From Trichinella spiralis (Eukaryota), in the NCBI RefSeq assembly GCF_000181795.1, contig NW_003526943.1, forward strand, positions 6,788,122 through 6,852,121: 64,000 nt of DNA, given 5' to 3'. Below are positions 43,298-56,862 of this stretch, piece after piece. The stretch's first letter is position 1, and every line of letters starts with the position of its first letter. Both the position numbers and the translations under genes were made by a program. The notes beneath the pieces were generated by a model. That model saw only the letters and a list, made by a program, of their open reading frames with translations. It was not told the DNA's origin and ran no database searches.

Positions 43298-45579
43298 AAC
43301 TACAAATTTAAAATTTAATAATTATGGATATGCATAAATTCAATTATACATACACACACATATATATATATGTGCATGTCTGTATGCATTTCTTAAATTA
43401 TGGTGTATATTTTATAATTAATGATGAAAATCAACCAAAGTTAATATTGACAAAATCATATCAGTTTAACTGCATCCGTTGTAAAGTTGTCTGTCCCTTG
43501 GAAATACGAAAGAAATGAAATACAAAGCCATTTTCTTGTTTTAATTGATACCTGATGTACTGGTGTTCATAGTGTTAAGGACTTGTACTGTATGTAAAAT
43601 TCACTCTGTAAACAGATTGTGACAAAAATAGCACCATTATTTCCAATTTATGTTTTCTGATCATTAAAATTATGTAGTAGGCTGTCAAAATGTACATTTT
43701 AATTAAATATATATTTCATTGTCAGCATAATTAAATAACTTAAAAATCTATTTTATATTAAAGTATTAATCATATCGATAGGAAACTACCCTTTCTTAGA
43801 ATTAACAATCATTTTGGCAAAGCAGAAGTTTTCTTTTTATTGGCAAAAGGTATTTTACAGAATTTAAATTAAGCAATATAATAAAATATTGATCAAAAAT
43901 TGAATGATGTCATTATTTTTCAGACAATAATTAATTATTTAATAAATAAAAGCAGAAAACGATATTTTTCATTTGTTTTTTAACGTAATAAAAATTTTAA
44001 ACAAATTCTATGTGGATGTGTTAATGATTATATAATGAATGTAAGGTAATTAATTACTAATTGCTGATTGATAATGGTAATGAATTAATTGCTAATTGAA
44101 GTTTAAACTAAAATTTATTATACTTTACTAATGTTTTGTAAAAAAGACATCCCTGCTGTGCTGTTTGCTTTAAAAATTTCTTCTAATTTTCACATTGCTA
44201 TTTCATGCAACCAATGCAATATCTGTAGTGATTTGTTTCATATTTTGTAAATGCAGCACAGATGCAATACAAACAATGAAAATATTGCGAATGAAATGTT
44301 AAAAAAATGTTCATAATTTTTCGTTGGACATGCCATTCAATAATTTAGGACTGTGAATTTATTAAAAGCATTTCATATAACATGCAAAGTAATACATGCT
44401 GGGAATTTCGAGTGCTTCCCTAGATATTCATAATAAATTATCAGTATTTCAATGATGAATCTATTAGATGTTGCTGAATCATGATATTTGTTTTGGATTG
44501 ATCAATGAAAGAAATGACAGACAGCTCAAAAACAACGATGCTTGAACAATGATTGCGCTGACTGTGTGAACGTATGTGTTTGAAAGATGAAAAAAGACAA
44601 GAACTTTTTTCGTTGCATTAAATGCAACATTATGCATGAATGTCAGGGTAGCGTGTGGATTGGCCAATTGCTAGTGTCATCTGCTTGCTTTATTGTGTGC
44701 TGGAGTCTGATGAGTAAAAGTTCACTTTTTGTTCTCATTGAATGAGAAGAAGAAAAAGTTGGAGTGTTCTGGTTCCACGTAGCATCTCAAGTGAACGAAG
44801 TAGAACGACAGAAACTCTGGAAGAGCAGCTTTGTCAGATATAACCATACTAACGAAGAAAATCAGGTGAGCTGGACAGAAAATCGCACTAGCTTAGCAAA
44901 GCAAAGTTCACTAAGTTGATTGTTACTCTGTGACCGTCAGTTTTCTATAACGTTACATTTAATTTATGCAAATTGAAATAAAGTAAAACAAATTTTGTGA
45001 TTATGCACGTATGAAATAAAGCATTTCAACAATAGACTTTTGAGCAACTTGAAAAAATTTATAAAACTTCGTACAAAATTCAAAATCTTCCATTAATCAA
45101 ATATCGCTTATTATTTTGAAAAAAGATTTTATAAATATTTTAAAATAATAAAAAGCCGAGAAAAATAGTTCATCTTTATTTATCATGCAAATATCATTAG
45201 TTGAAAATTAAAAACTTTTTTAGGTAAGTTTACGTAGTTAATTAATCCTTGTGTATCAGTACTGTATATATACTGTATTGTAGCCCGCGCCATCTGCGTT
45301 GAAATTTCGTGCATTGGACAAGCAGCCCGGTGTGTCAAGTTCAGTTTCAATTGCATCTTCGATCAGGCATTTTTTATTTATTTTTAACTTTATTTCACTT
45401 TGATTTTTTCATTTACAGCTTGTTGATTTTTGATTCGTGTATTTTTTTCTCGCGAATTGTTTTCGAATTTGAAGGTTATGTTGTTGTTTTTTCAACATTT
45501 TCGCAGGGGCAGTTTGCGGTTTGAAAATTTTTCAAACGTATGCACGAGAGGGTGAGAGATCGATTTGCGGTGATTGATC

Positions 45580-45960
45580 ACTTTCGGCCGTTCAGTTGCT
45601 CTGTGCCGGGGCTGAAAATATGCTTCGTGTCAGCTTGAATGTTTGGGCGTTAGCGGAGATCCGGCGGCGCTGGGCGTGCATTTTTCCGTCGGTTTTCGTC
45701 CACCCCAAGCCGCCCCCCCCCGTAACTCCCCGCTTGCTTCCCAAAATCGATCTTCCATCACTGCGCCCGAAGCTTTTTCCGCCCGCCGATGTTTGATGTC
45801 GACGCACAAAGCTGCCAGGCAGATGGCTTTCGGCCTTCTCCATGATTGACGTGGTTAGGCGCGCGGAACCGCAGCTGTCCGCCATTTCCAAGCGTTCTGA
45901 GCTCGGAAGAGGTTTTATTTCGCTTTCGCGTTCAGCGTTGTGCTGGCAAAATGCGCGCCA
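45580..45960. promoter_or_regulatory. GC/CpG-rich island just upstream of the DLGAP gene (promoter or 5' UTR)
   Basis: Sharp rise in GC and CpG content ending before a polypyrimidine tract and acceptor at 46082, 11 nt before the DLGAP ATG. Confidence 0.45.
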
Positions 45961-46093
45961 ACCAACTTTTTTGGCTTTTCAAAATTTATTCTTTTGAAAA
46001 ATTTTCACAAACGCTTTCTTCTTTTTTTTCTCTCGTTACTTTTTTCCTTGCTGACTTTTGTTTTTTTTTCTGTTTATTTCAGGTAAAAGTACG

Positions 46094-49000
46094 ATGAATG
46101 CAGACGAGGTTAAGAATGTTCAACACAACGGTCGTGACACGCCTTCGCTGAGTCATTCCAAGAAAGCCAACGGTAAGCGCGGCTCCCATTCTTCTGGGCT
46201 GCCGGTTTTCAGCTTAAAATAGGTCACAGGGTCGATAGATAAGCTAACAAACACTGCTGCTCATGCCACTGCGGAATGCGAAATACGCTTGGCAAAAGAG
46301 CAATCATTTTTACTTCAGCTAGCTAACTTCACTGAAGGATTGTTGTAATTCACTTGAGAATAGGTTATCAGTGGTTTGCATACATATTTTTTTTCAACTA
46401 ATCCAACAAGTGAACAACAAAAATTCCTCTTTTAAAATTTGAATTTCTCTTCTTTTACAGTATAAATTCTCATCCAGCTTATCATATTTTCTTATTTATG
46501 GCCAGTGCATGATAAATCATTCTATTTGTCATTTATTGATAACAGAAAAAAATATGATGGATTTATTATTTTTTTTTATTTTTTCAATTGAAATTTAAAA
46601 GAAGAATAGAAATTGCACATGCGCGCTGTTTATTAATAATTGTATTGTTGTTATTGTTGTTTTTGACTTTTCTACGGGCAAAATTTAGATGGAATTTTAA
46701 AAATTTAACCAATTTATGTGATGTAAATAAAATTCGATTAGTCTTTTTCACTTTCATTCAGGAATAGTTCAGTTTTTAATTGTTAAATGAATAATGCAAC
46801 AAGTATGATGTAAATTTTTCTTTTTTAATTGTTGAAAATAGTATCAGATTGTCGTTTAATTATACTGTACATAATTAGCCATTAATTGTCATAATAGTGA
46901 CTAGTAATTGAGATATACGACGACGAAGCACAAGCATTTTTTCTTCTTTTTTTGAATTGGAATGAATAGTTGTTTTTTTTTTAGTTTTTCCAATGAATCA
47001 GCTAGTTGTTGTGATTAATGTTTAATTTTGGGATTATTTTATTTTTGAAAAATAGATTTTTCAAATATGAAACTGATATATTGAAAAGCAACATGTTACT
47101 TGTTCTCATGGCACATGTTCATGTGACATCCGGCCAGTTGAATGAATGGTTAAATGTTGCAAATTGTATTTCTTTTCTTCTCTAAAGCAACGAAAAAAGA
47201 ATTTCATTTTTCACCATTATAGTTGAGTTGAAATTTTATCAAATTGAAAATGGGTTTCACAAAATGTTCAACATTTGCACACGTTAAATTGAAGTTGACG
47301 TTCGTGTTCAGTTGGCAGGCATTGGTTCAATTTTTCTGTTTGTCTGCATTTTAAAGTTTTGATGAAAAAAAAACTTGAAAATTATAAATAACAGACATTA
47401 TGGATTGGCGTTGTGAAAATTTTCACGTACTTATTCAATGATTCACTTGTTAAAACAGGGGGAGGATATTTTTAGCCGTAAAAAATCATCTGCGGCAAGG
47501 TCCCATGCAAAATATGTGCTCCAAGTTATTTTTTCAGCTTTTTAATATGAATTTTATTACGAAGCTCGTAGCGATGGTTGGGGTGACATTCGCTGTTAAC
47601 GAGGTTAAGGTTGTGTGAATTTGTGCAAATACCCCCGCTATAAGCGCATTTTATTCTTGCTTTCTGTCTTGCTGCTGCTGATTGCAAAAATGATGATCGT
47701 TGGTTGCTTGCAGTTCGGGTGGCTTTTTGCATGTTTTTGTTCAATTGAAATTAATTAAAGCAGGCGTGTGTCTGTTGTCGACGGCAAGAGGCAGATGCCA
47801 TTTTGGAAATTATATTTTTAGAATAATTTGCTTGATTGTTGTTATACGAATTGCAGTTTGTTGTTCTATTGAAAGATATTTTTGCACAGTTAATTTTGCA
47901 GTTGCAAAATCAACGCGAATCGGGTGAATTAGTAAAAATTGTTCTCTTATAAATATTGTAGTTGTAATGATTTTCTGAAATGAGTTTGTTAAAAGAAAAC
48001 TGTATCCTTGTTCTTCAAGAATGTATGTAATATCTGGTTAATTTGTCCTGTTCACTCAGTGCATTTTCATTGTTTGTTCTGTTAATTCTTCATACAAGTG
48101 AATTGAACAGCATAATTCGAATGTTCATTCAGTTGAATGCTATTTTTGATTATTCCACTTAATTGCTTTTGTTAATTAGCATGAAGAACATTGTGTGCCC
48201 GTGTTAAATTGATATGCTTTTCCTGCTGCTGCTGCTGCTGCTACTGTTGCTGCAACGCGCTTTTGCTTATTTTGCACAAGCTGACTGACAATTGAAGCAC
48301 ATTATTTGAACTGCTTGTAGAACATTTTAAACGTTTCATAAAATTATAGTGAAATTTCAATCGCAGTTTTCTTCACAGAAAAATAAATATTATTTTTTGC
48401 ATTGTTTTGTATTTAATTTAATTTTAATTCCATATTTTCCGTTACAAACAGATTTTTTCTACTTTCCAATGGTCGATTTATCTGTCCATCTGTTGTTAAA
48501 AATAAACGAATTTTCTCATTATCATTGATTGCATTTTGTTGATTTTTAAATTAATTTTCAATTGATCTCATGTAAATGATTAATTTTGAAATTATCCCCT
48601 TTTCCATTTCATTCCAATTGTCATCGTTCGTTGATTGGTTGTTATTGAAATTTGTTGCGGCAAATTTTTTCCAATTAACTCGTCCATAAAATTTCTTCTC
48701 ATATAATATATATTGGATTGGATTGGAAAATTCCATCTGCTCTGCGGGTGTGGGTGTGTGATTTTTCATATTTGAAAAATTCGCTTCCAGTTGAGAGAAT
48801 GTGCTTCAATAGATAGCGATGGCGGCGGCTGTTTTTGGCCAACAAAATCAATGTGCAAATGCCGTGTCGGTTGAATGGGATTGATTGATTTTCACTATGC
48901 TATTGATTAATTTTATTTTAACATTTGAAATGGATAGGACGATCGTTTAGCTTTGTGAGTGGAAATTGGTCGTCGTTTTGCTTAAATTCATTTGTTTCAC

Positions 49001-52000
49001 GAATAGAACGACGCTGACGATCACCATTATTATTACTATCATTATTATTATTATTATTATGGTGATGGTGGTGGTAGTGATGCTGGAAACTGAAAAGCAA
49101 TTTTAAAATATTTGGAAAATGATCAAATCAGAAATGTTTATTTTTCAAAATTGAATCAAATGAAATTTTGCATAATAGAAAAGATACATTGTGAATATTT
49201 TTTTTGCAATTTGTATACTTTTGCATCTGCTGCTGCAGCAGCAGCAAGCATGAATAAACACAACCCGCTCATTCGACGCCGACAAGCTCGCATCGATTCA
49301 ACAGGCGTGTGTGGTTGTGTTTCATTTCTTGTCAAATGAAATTTATTTTTTCTCTTAATTTTTATCCTTCATTTTTTCATTTTTTCGTTATTTTTGCTTA
49401 AATATTAATGAACAATAATTTACTGTACACATGATCAATCGTAAACTGTGAGGAAGAATGAAATTATAGAAAAAATATGATAATCATCCAAAAAATTGAA
49501 TTGTGATTGATAACTGTACTTTTTTTTTCTTAGTTGCGGATGAAAGGATTTTTATGATTGTTGTTGTTGTTGTTTGTGCATTATTCAAATATTTCACGTT
49601 CGGCAATCCATTCTTTTGAAAAGTGCGCTTGAGGGGAAAAAATAGTTCACATTTGAGATTGGCTAATTAATTGACGAGCGATTTCAAATGAAAATGCTGC
49701 ACGTCTTTTACATGTGGCAAAAGTTTGAAATTCTTTTTCAAATACCGGATGTTCAGTGATCCAAGTGTGAAATGGATGGCCATGGCGGCTGTGTTTTGAA
49801 AATTTTTCGTTCGATTGCTTTCATCAAATTTTTTTTATAGTTCCGATTTATCTTTTATTCTCTTAACATTTCTATTCTTCTTTGAATTCGTACAGCAGGT
49901 GCAGTTTGAAATAAAATTCACGTATATGCAAAAAGTGTGATGGGTGTGTCACAGTTGTTGCAAATTTTTTTTTCTACTCTCTCTTCTATTCGTGCTGACT
50001 GAAGCTTAATTTCAAAAGAATTAAAAAAAATTTTCAGGTACAAAATGCATCCGACAAAGTTCGATTCATCGTTTCTTCCGACGCCTGACGCCGAGGGGTG
50101 CGAAAAATTCTGAAAAGACCCACAGTCCCGCATCTTCACAGATCCACCAGTCGCAGCAGTCGATGGGAGAAAATTGTGCTCATGTGAACAGCAGTCAGCC
50201 GACCACCACCGTGGCCAATGGAAATTTGGACAACGCCCAACGCAGTCCCGCCACTTCTGTCGGGGCGGATCTGCGCCGGTCTTTGAATCAAATGTTCCAT
50301 TTTGGAACCAAGTCGAAAGCAAATCGAGCGGCCAGCGATCATCAACTGGCCATCAACCGCGTCGATATGGATTCAGCTGGTAAGCAAGTTTTATTTTTAT
50401 TTTTTGCTTTTTATTTGACAGTTTCTACAAATTATCATAATTTAAATATTTGAGAAGATGTTCCAAGCGAGGCGAAAATTTTCACAACTTCTTTTTTGTG
50501 TGACAAAGTTAATTTTTTTTAATTGTAAGAAATCTTCACTTGTGAACATTATTAATCATCAGTCGGTCGGTCGTTTGAAATTTCTGCATGTGAAAAAAAG
50601 AGAAATTGAATTGAAATTGCTTTTTACAAATTAAGCAATTCAGCTTTGTAATTTTTCGTGGAATTGCGAAATTTATTCGGTGAATTAATGGGGATAAATC
50701 TCAAGTGACCGCAGTTGACTTTGTCGCCAAGTATAGAGTAATTTTTAATAATGAAACTTTTAACGGCGAGTGAGTTGAAATGAACTGAGCTTATATTTTC
50801 GGAATATTCATGCCAGCTTTTTCGTAGAATGAATGAAGCGGAAATTTTTTCATCCCTTAGTTGAGCGAATTTTGTCAGATAAAGAAAGCTCCAGTGCATT
50901 AAGTTTGCGCATTTTGTGAAATTGAAATTTGAATAAGTTGCTCGAAAGTAGTAATTCTGGGATAATTGTTCAGAGTTGCTCACGATCCGGGTGTTCCATT
51001 TTCACCAGAGGGATGCATGATGATGATGATGATGATGGTTGTAGGGTGGGGAATTTTGGAATTTTGTTTCTGATCGACCACATGTATGCATGCAGTTGTG
51101 TGTGTTTGCTTGTTCAGATTTGTGTCCGGTGAAGTTGGACAAGGGCGTTGGTGAGACGGTAAGATCGGAAGAAGATTTGCTCGTTTTGCAAGGGAAAAGA
51201 AAATGCTCAGATTCAGCGGACAAGTCATCATCAGCAGTGATCAGCAGCAGCGGCGGCGGCGGCGGCAAAGTGAGAATCCACAACATGGCCAGTCCGAGTT
51301 TCAGTTCGGACGTGCTCGCATCGATGACCAGACCGTTGGCGACGTTCTGCAGCGAAAGCAACGTCCACGCCGGTGAATTGTCGCCAACGGAGGCGGTGGG
51401 CGGTCCGTCGAGGGCGCCGTCGTATTTGCGCGTCAGCTGTGCGGTCAGCGGCTACCGGGATGTTGGCCGCTATTCGGCATCGTCCAGTCCGAGATTGCTG
51501 TCCAGACCGCCGATGGTCTGTGGCCGGACGACGGTCAGCGGTAAGCCCATCCCTGCTGACCAGCTGTTCGAATTGAACTCTCCTCCGTCGGAGAGGGCCG
51601 TAGGACTGTCGTCGCCGTTGGTTGGTCAGAAGTTTGCGACGCCGTTGTCGATTAGGGAAATTTTGGAAAGTTTCAACCGTTTATCGTTGAAAGACAATTC
51701 TCCAGTTTATGGTTTGATGGTGGCCGGTCGACGGTTGACGGACGCCCCTGGGTCCGGAAGTTCTAGTCCAGAATCGACCACCGTTGTTGAGAAAGAACCA
51801 AGCAACTGTTGCCCTTTGGACGATGGTGCCAAGCAGCAGGAACCAACGCCTGATGCATGCAACACCACCACCACCAACAACAACAACAACGATGATGATG
51901 ACGATGATAAGCGAATTGTCGTTAGTCAGAATGACTCTTATCAACTTTTAGCCCAGCAGCAACGCAAACGATTGGAAGATTTATGTAAACAGGCTGAATT

Positions 52001-53556
52001 GTGGCAAGCCGAATCCCCACCAGAAGCAGGTATAATCATTATAAAATAAACTTCTTTTTTTTATTCTTCTGCAGTTGCAGTGATTGATTGATTGTGTTTT
52101 ATAGCTGCTGAATTGATTCGTATTGTAATTGGAAAAGTTACTTTATTATTGAAGAAAAAATTTCGAAAATTTGAAGAATTGGTTGACAAGCACATGGTAT
52201 TTTTTTTGATAAAAATTACTCTTTGTTTGATGAATGTACATGTATATATATTGATTTCAAAGAATCCTGTTGATGGAGAACCGCCGGTTCGTATGGACGA
52301 TTTGGAAGGCTTTTGGAGCATGGTGTTGATGGAAATTGCCGACGTGGACAGCTGTTTCAGTGCGGTGCAGAAAGCGAAAGACAACGGTTGGTTAGTTGAA
52401 GAAAACTCATCTGATTTAACGGTAAGCTAAGCTACTTTTTTCGGGTTTTTTGCTGTGACAGAATTCCTTGCATTATTTTTTAATTTAAATATTTTCTCAT
52501 CGAATTAAATTCAGTTTTTCCAATTTTTAATGTTACTTCTTTAGCAGTATACAATTGTGTTTATATAAATTGTTGTCGTTTACAGTGTACTTAATTCAAA
52601 GCGAATTGAAACCAAATTTAACTGTTCTCTAAACGCAACTGTATACTAATTTGAAGCGAAAAGAAAGCATACGACATAAATTGTGAAAAACAACTGTTTT
52701 AAATTTCAAATCCTTTTAGCCGTTTAGATGTGAATCGCGATTGAGTGAGGCGAACATGGATATAAAACAACGTATGTAGTTTTGCAGCGCATGAGATGTA
52801 CACTTTTTTAGATTGATGCTTGATCATGTGATGAATATTTTTTTGTTTATTGTGATAAATGTATGTTGATTAAGTGTGCATTGAAAAGCAAAAAATCATA
52901 CGAGCTGCTGCTGCATGCTGTTAGACATTTGTGCATGCTTTTCAACTTAGCAGAAGATTATTGTGTAAATGTATGTTATAAATATATATATTATGTGCGT
53001 CTGTGTGTGTGTGTGTGTGTGTGATTTTTGAGCGCGCGCGCTTTGTACCTTTGTGTATGAATGATAAGTAATTGTTCAAACCGATTTATAATTTCATAAT
53101 TAAGTTAATTTGAAATTAACATACATAGCAACTATTGTTTTTCTAAGTTATCATGCTGTTTTTTGAAGTTGTATTGATAAAAATTAAGAAAACGGTCTTT
53201 AATATATTTATTTGGAAGAAATGAGTTATTGTTTATCATTTGATTTAATTTTGACATACGTGCATGCAGCTGGCTGGCTGTGTTAAATTATAGTTTCATA
53301 ATTGCATTTTGTATTGAAAAGATTTTTTTGATATTTTATTTTAATCCAGGATTCGAAGAGCTCAGGGTCGACGAAACTGCGCCGGAACAGCAACGGCAAA
53401 TGGAAAACAACACCAACTATGGATAGTGATTATGTGACGAGGAAGCGCTTGCAGGGTCGACAGTTTTTGCGTGCAGCACGAATGAAGCTCAAACAGACGA
53501 AAGAACAACAGCAAGCGACTGAAAACAAAGATGATATTCATATTTTTATCTCTTAG
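46094..53556 (+). CDS. Disks large-associated protein (GKAP/DLGAP/SAPAP family)
   Basis: Phase-consistent exons 46094-46172, 50038-50379, 51118-52029, 52105-52196, 52263-52421, 53350-53556. GKAP domain ELIRIVIGKVTLLLKKKFRKFEELV...DDLEGFWSMVLMEIADVDSCF...KDNGW. Ends ATENKDDIHIFIS*. Confidence 0.88.
53002..53023 (+). repeat. (TG)n microsatellite, intronic
   Basis: About 11 TG units. Confidence 0.9.
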
Positions 53557-54029
53557 ATTTTCTTTCTTGCTTTTTTTAAACTGGCGGCATTTTTCTCAAC
53601 TTTACAAATTGATTCATTCTTTTAAACGTTTTTTAATAAACCAGTCATATATTTGTGTACTGTATAACGTCTTTGACTTAAAAATAATCTGGCTGTTGTT
53701 AAGTAAGGCAACATTGATTAATTGCCTTAAATATGGTAAATTGGACACGCTTGACCCTTGGGTGGTGGCGTGCATGATCCGAATGTTAGTGGTGGCGTGG
53801 GGTCCGCTGGGCCCAAACTCGTTATTTCACATTTATTGATGTTGGAACCAAATTTTTTCCGTTTTTTGCAGTCGTATTATATACGTTGTTATTTTGCACT
53901 GCGCATTTGTTCTGGCAGACAGACCTTTTCATATAATTTAGGTTGCAAATGTTTGGTTCTACACTTGTTGGGCCTTGCCTTCCCGTATACATGTTATGCG
54001 CTTTTGTTCGTACATTTTTGGATAACTCT

Positions 54030-54170
54030 TGCTTACTCCATGTGCAGACACGATCTCTACCTGTCCATGTATCAGAGCGCTCATACATAACCTCTTCAGT
54101 CTCTCTTTGTGACGAAAAAGTGCCGCTAAATTCTGAGGATTTATCATGCATGGTCACTCTTCTCAATATA
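54030..54170 (+). mobile_element. Possible hAT transposase C-terminal dimerisation-domain relic
   Basis: SLPVHVSERSYITSSVSLCDEKVPLNSEDLSCMVTL resembles the hAT motif SIPATSxxSERxFSxxGxILTDKRxxLxxENLxxLVFL. Confidence 0.35.
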
Positions 54171-54894
54171 GTCAGAATCGCTGACGCTGCCTATATTCAC
54201 TTTCCTCAAGAGAATCATTCAGGAGGTCTAAAAAACTATCACTGTCAGATCCTGTGACATTTTTAAAATTTTGCGACATTTGACATAAAATAGAGGAAAC
54301 TTTGCATAAAATAGTGTAAAAGATACTAAAATTAGGTCAGACTGCATAAAATAATGTAAATGATAATAACCGCATGGCAAATTTTGCACAAAAAAGTTAG
54401 CAAATGACCACTAATAATAACCCCTCACAATCAAGCAGAAAACACGTAGACAAGAAATAAACGATAGCGGCTCATCAGTTTGAGAGAAAATTGGATAAAT
54501 TAGAAAGATATATGAAAGAAAACTGCTCAACACCGGTATGGAAAACAACAGCTATCATCATTATTTAGGAATTCTGCTAAAACAGAACGAGAAAGTTTTC
54601 AGGGGGTCCTCTGGACGCATACACATTTTGTATTTTATTTACTTACATTTATTGTTTAATATACGACCACTTTCTTACTTTCTTTCTCAAAGGTTTTTGC
54701 AAATATAAACTGTTAAACGGTTTAACTACATTTATGCCTCATCAGATCAGGCATGCGCGTGCTTAACGCACATTCTTGAAAGTTTATTTTAAAAATATAC
54801 ACAAATGCAATTAAGCAAGTCATTTACATACTTTTGAACAACAGAAACGTTGAATGATAAGAACCAGCATTTGACAAATAGAATGCATAAGAGC

Positions 54895-54987
54895 GACAAC
54901 GAATGAAATTTAGATGCGTGCATCAGAGCAGCAACCAATGAAATTTACTGCTAAAAGTAGTATAGTTTGTTGAGGAAATCAGGTCTA
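54895..54987 (-). mobile_element. Terminal-inverted-repeat end of a DNA transposon/MITE (same family as 56571-56862)
   Basis: catcagagcagcaaccaatgaaatttactgctaaaagtag...aaatcaggtcta is the imperfect reverse complement of 56571-56665. Confidence 0.7.
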
Positions 54988-54990
54988 CCC

Positions 54991-55667
54991 TCAAGATAGA
55001 TGCACGAGCTCGTGAGGGACCACCTGAAAACGCAGCAGCGTCGACAGAAGTGCCTGTACAACCGCCATGCAAATGAGGCGCACTTCTGCCAGAACGACCG
55101 CGTGTGGTTGACCGTGCCAAGAAGATGGAAGCTCGACCGCGGCTGGGTGGGGCCCTACCAGATAGTGGAGGTAATGAGGCCACAAACGTACCGGGTACGT
55201 CACCAGGAGCGAAAGTCCCGCTCACTGGTGGTACACTCTGACCGGATGAAGCGTACCACGCCAGAGAGTCCGCTGGAGACCGGTCTTGCTGAGGCGGCAC
55301 CACCAGGCAGCAGGAACATCAGCCGCCTGTGGCCTCCCCACCCGCGTCAGAGATGAAGGTCAGAAGGCTGACACGAAGACCACGGCCACCCGGCTACCTG
55401 CGGGATTACACCCCTTAAGGAAAGTTCGGGACGAACTTCTCCGAAAGAGGGGGGTAGTGTGACAGCGACCGTTTTTATCACGCCCACATTTTTGTAGGAC
55501 ATCGACAGTAGGAAATGCCAAGTCGGAAGCCGGTGATCGTGTGCGTTGCGGCGGTTATTTCGTCTTTCTAATTTTGTCATTGTTGTTCTCGCTGTTTTGT
55601 GCTTTGTCTAATAAACTCTTAAACTCTCGCGATGGTCCGAAATCACGTAGCACTGACGAGCGCTACA
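54991..55667 (+). mobile_element. Ty3/Gypsy retrotransposon 3' end: integrase GPY/F tail, polypurine tract and 3' LTR
   Basis: HELVRDHLKTQQRRQK...KLDRGWVGPYQIVE...VVHSDRMK; PPT aaagaggggggtag at 55444-55457; LTR 55458-55667 TGTGACAGCG...CGCTACA with AATAAA at 55610. Confidence 0.92.
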
Positions 55668-55669
55668 CT

Positions 55670-56470
55670 AAATTAGCTGCTCAGGAAAAATTCACGCTGA
55701 AACTGGACAAGAGAGCAAAGAAAAACGGTAGCTATGACAAATAGGTTGCTGAATTCATCCCTCCGGCTTACCAACTCATTAGCTAGCTCATCAACTAGCT
55801 GTTGTATACCATTAGACATGCAGCGAGAATGGCAAATAAGGATTACATGAGGCGAAAAAACATCTAAATTCCAATATGTCTCATCCTGTTTTCTTGCGAA
55901 AATATTAAGAAAATCGAACTGCCCGTGTTTGGCGGCGCATCAGAAATGGCCTATGGGACAGTGGTCTACGGTGAGTTAGGAAGGCCACAGCACAACCTCA
56001 ACGATAGTGAAGGCCAAATCTCAGGTTTCCTGCCGTCCCCCCTCTGAAGACGATGATACTCCCTCTCTTAGAGCTAATGGCAGCCCTGCTGGTGACCAAA
56101 CTGGTCACCTTTGCAAAAAAATGATTGAAGGTGAGAATCTCTAGCTTGAACTGCTGGGTGGACAGTAAGGTCACGTTACATTGGATAAAGAGATGTTCTA
56201 TAAAATGGAAACCTTTCTTCCAGAACTGAGTTGAAACCTTACAGCAATTGGTTGGGTCGTCACATTAGAGATACTGTCTGACGAGATCAAATCTGGCAAA
56301 TTTATTCAGCCGCAATTGAACGATTAACTTTGAGCCAAATCTGGTAATACGGTCCCGCTTGGCTAGTCGGAGGAGAAGATAGTTGGCCAGAAGACCCAGA
56401 ACAAGACCATGTGAAATCAGAAGACGATGAGCAGAAAGCTGCATTGCAGAAGAGAGGTGGTCAGTGAAGG
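55670..56470 (+). mobile_element. BEL/Pao retrotransposon RNase H region, degenerate
   Basis: IELPVFGGASEMAYG, PLKTMILPLLELMAALL, CWVDSKVTLHWIK, KWKPFFQN*VETLQQL, YGPAWL....SWPE, with stops and frameshifts. Confidence 0.88.
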
Positions 56471-56570
56471 TGTTGACAGAGTTGGGCAATTTTATGGGAC
56501 AGCTGATGGTAAAGACGAAAAAGATAATAAAATTCACTAAACCCAACTGATGGAAACGCTTAGGACGGGG

Positions 56571-56862
56571 TAGACCAGATTTTTCCAACGAACTCTGCCT
56601 ACTTTTTTGCAGTAAATTTTATTGGCTGCTGCTCTGATGCCCGCAACTGAATTTCATTGAATTGAAACGTTGGTCGTTTATGAATTTGCATAGTGATTTT
56701 CCCCCACGTTTCCTGTTAGTTTAGGCAATTTAGAGTCAAGCAGTTCTTTCATTAGGCAACCTATTCACATCAGACTGACAACCATTAAAATTTAGCTGCG
56801 CGACAACCAATGAAATTTAGAAGAGAAAAGGTAGGCGTAGTTCGTTAGGGAAATCTGTCTTA
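56571..56862 (+). mobile_element. MITE / non-autonomous DNA transposon (~290 bp) with ~60 bp imperfect TIRs
   Basis: Left TAGACCAGATTTTTCCAACGAACTCTGCCTAC...ATTGG versus reverse complement of the right end TAAGACAGATTTCCCTAACGAACTACGCCTAC...ATTGG. Confidence 0.75.

Noticed and set aside
44700..44770. CTGATGAG followed by hairpins, hammerhead-like
   Set aside because: No stem II closing into CGAAA and no stem I/III pairing.
45592..45891. 99-aa minus-strand ORF in the GC island
   Set aside because: Expected by chance in GC-rich DNA; no motifs.
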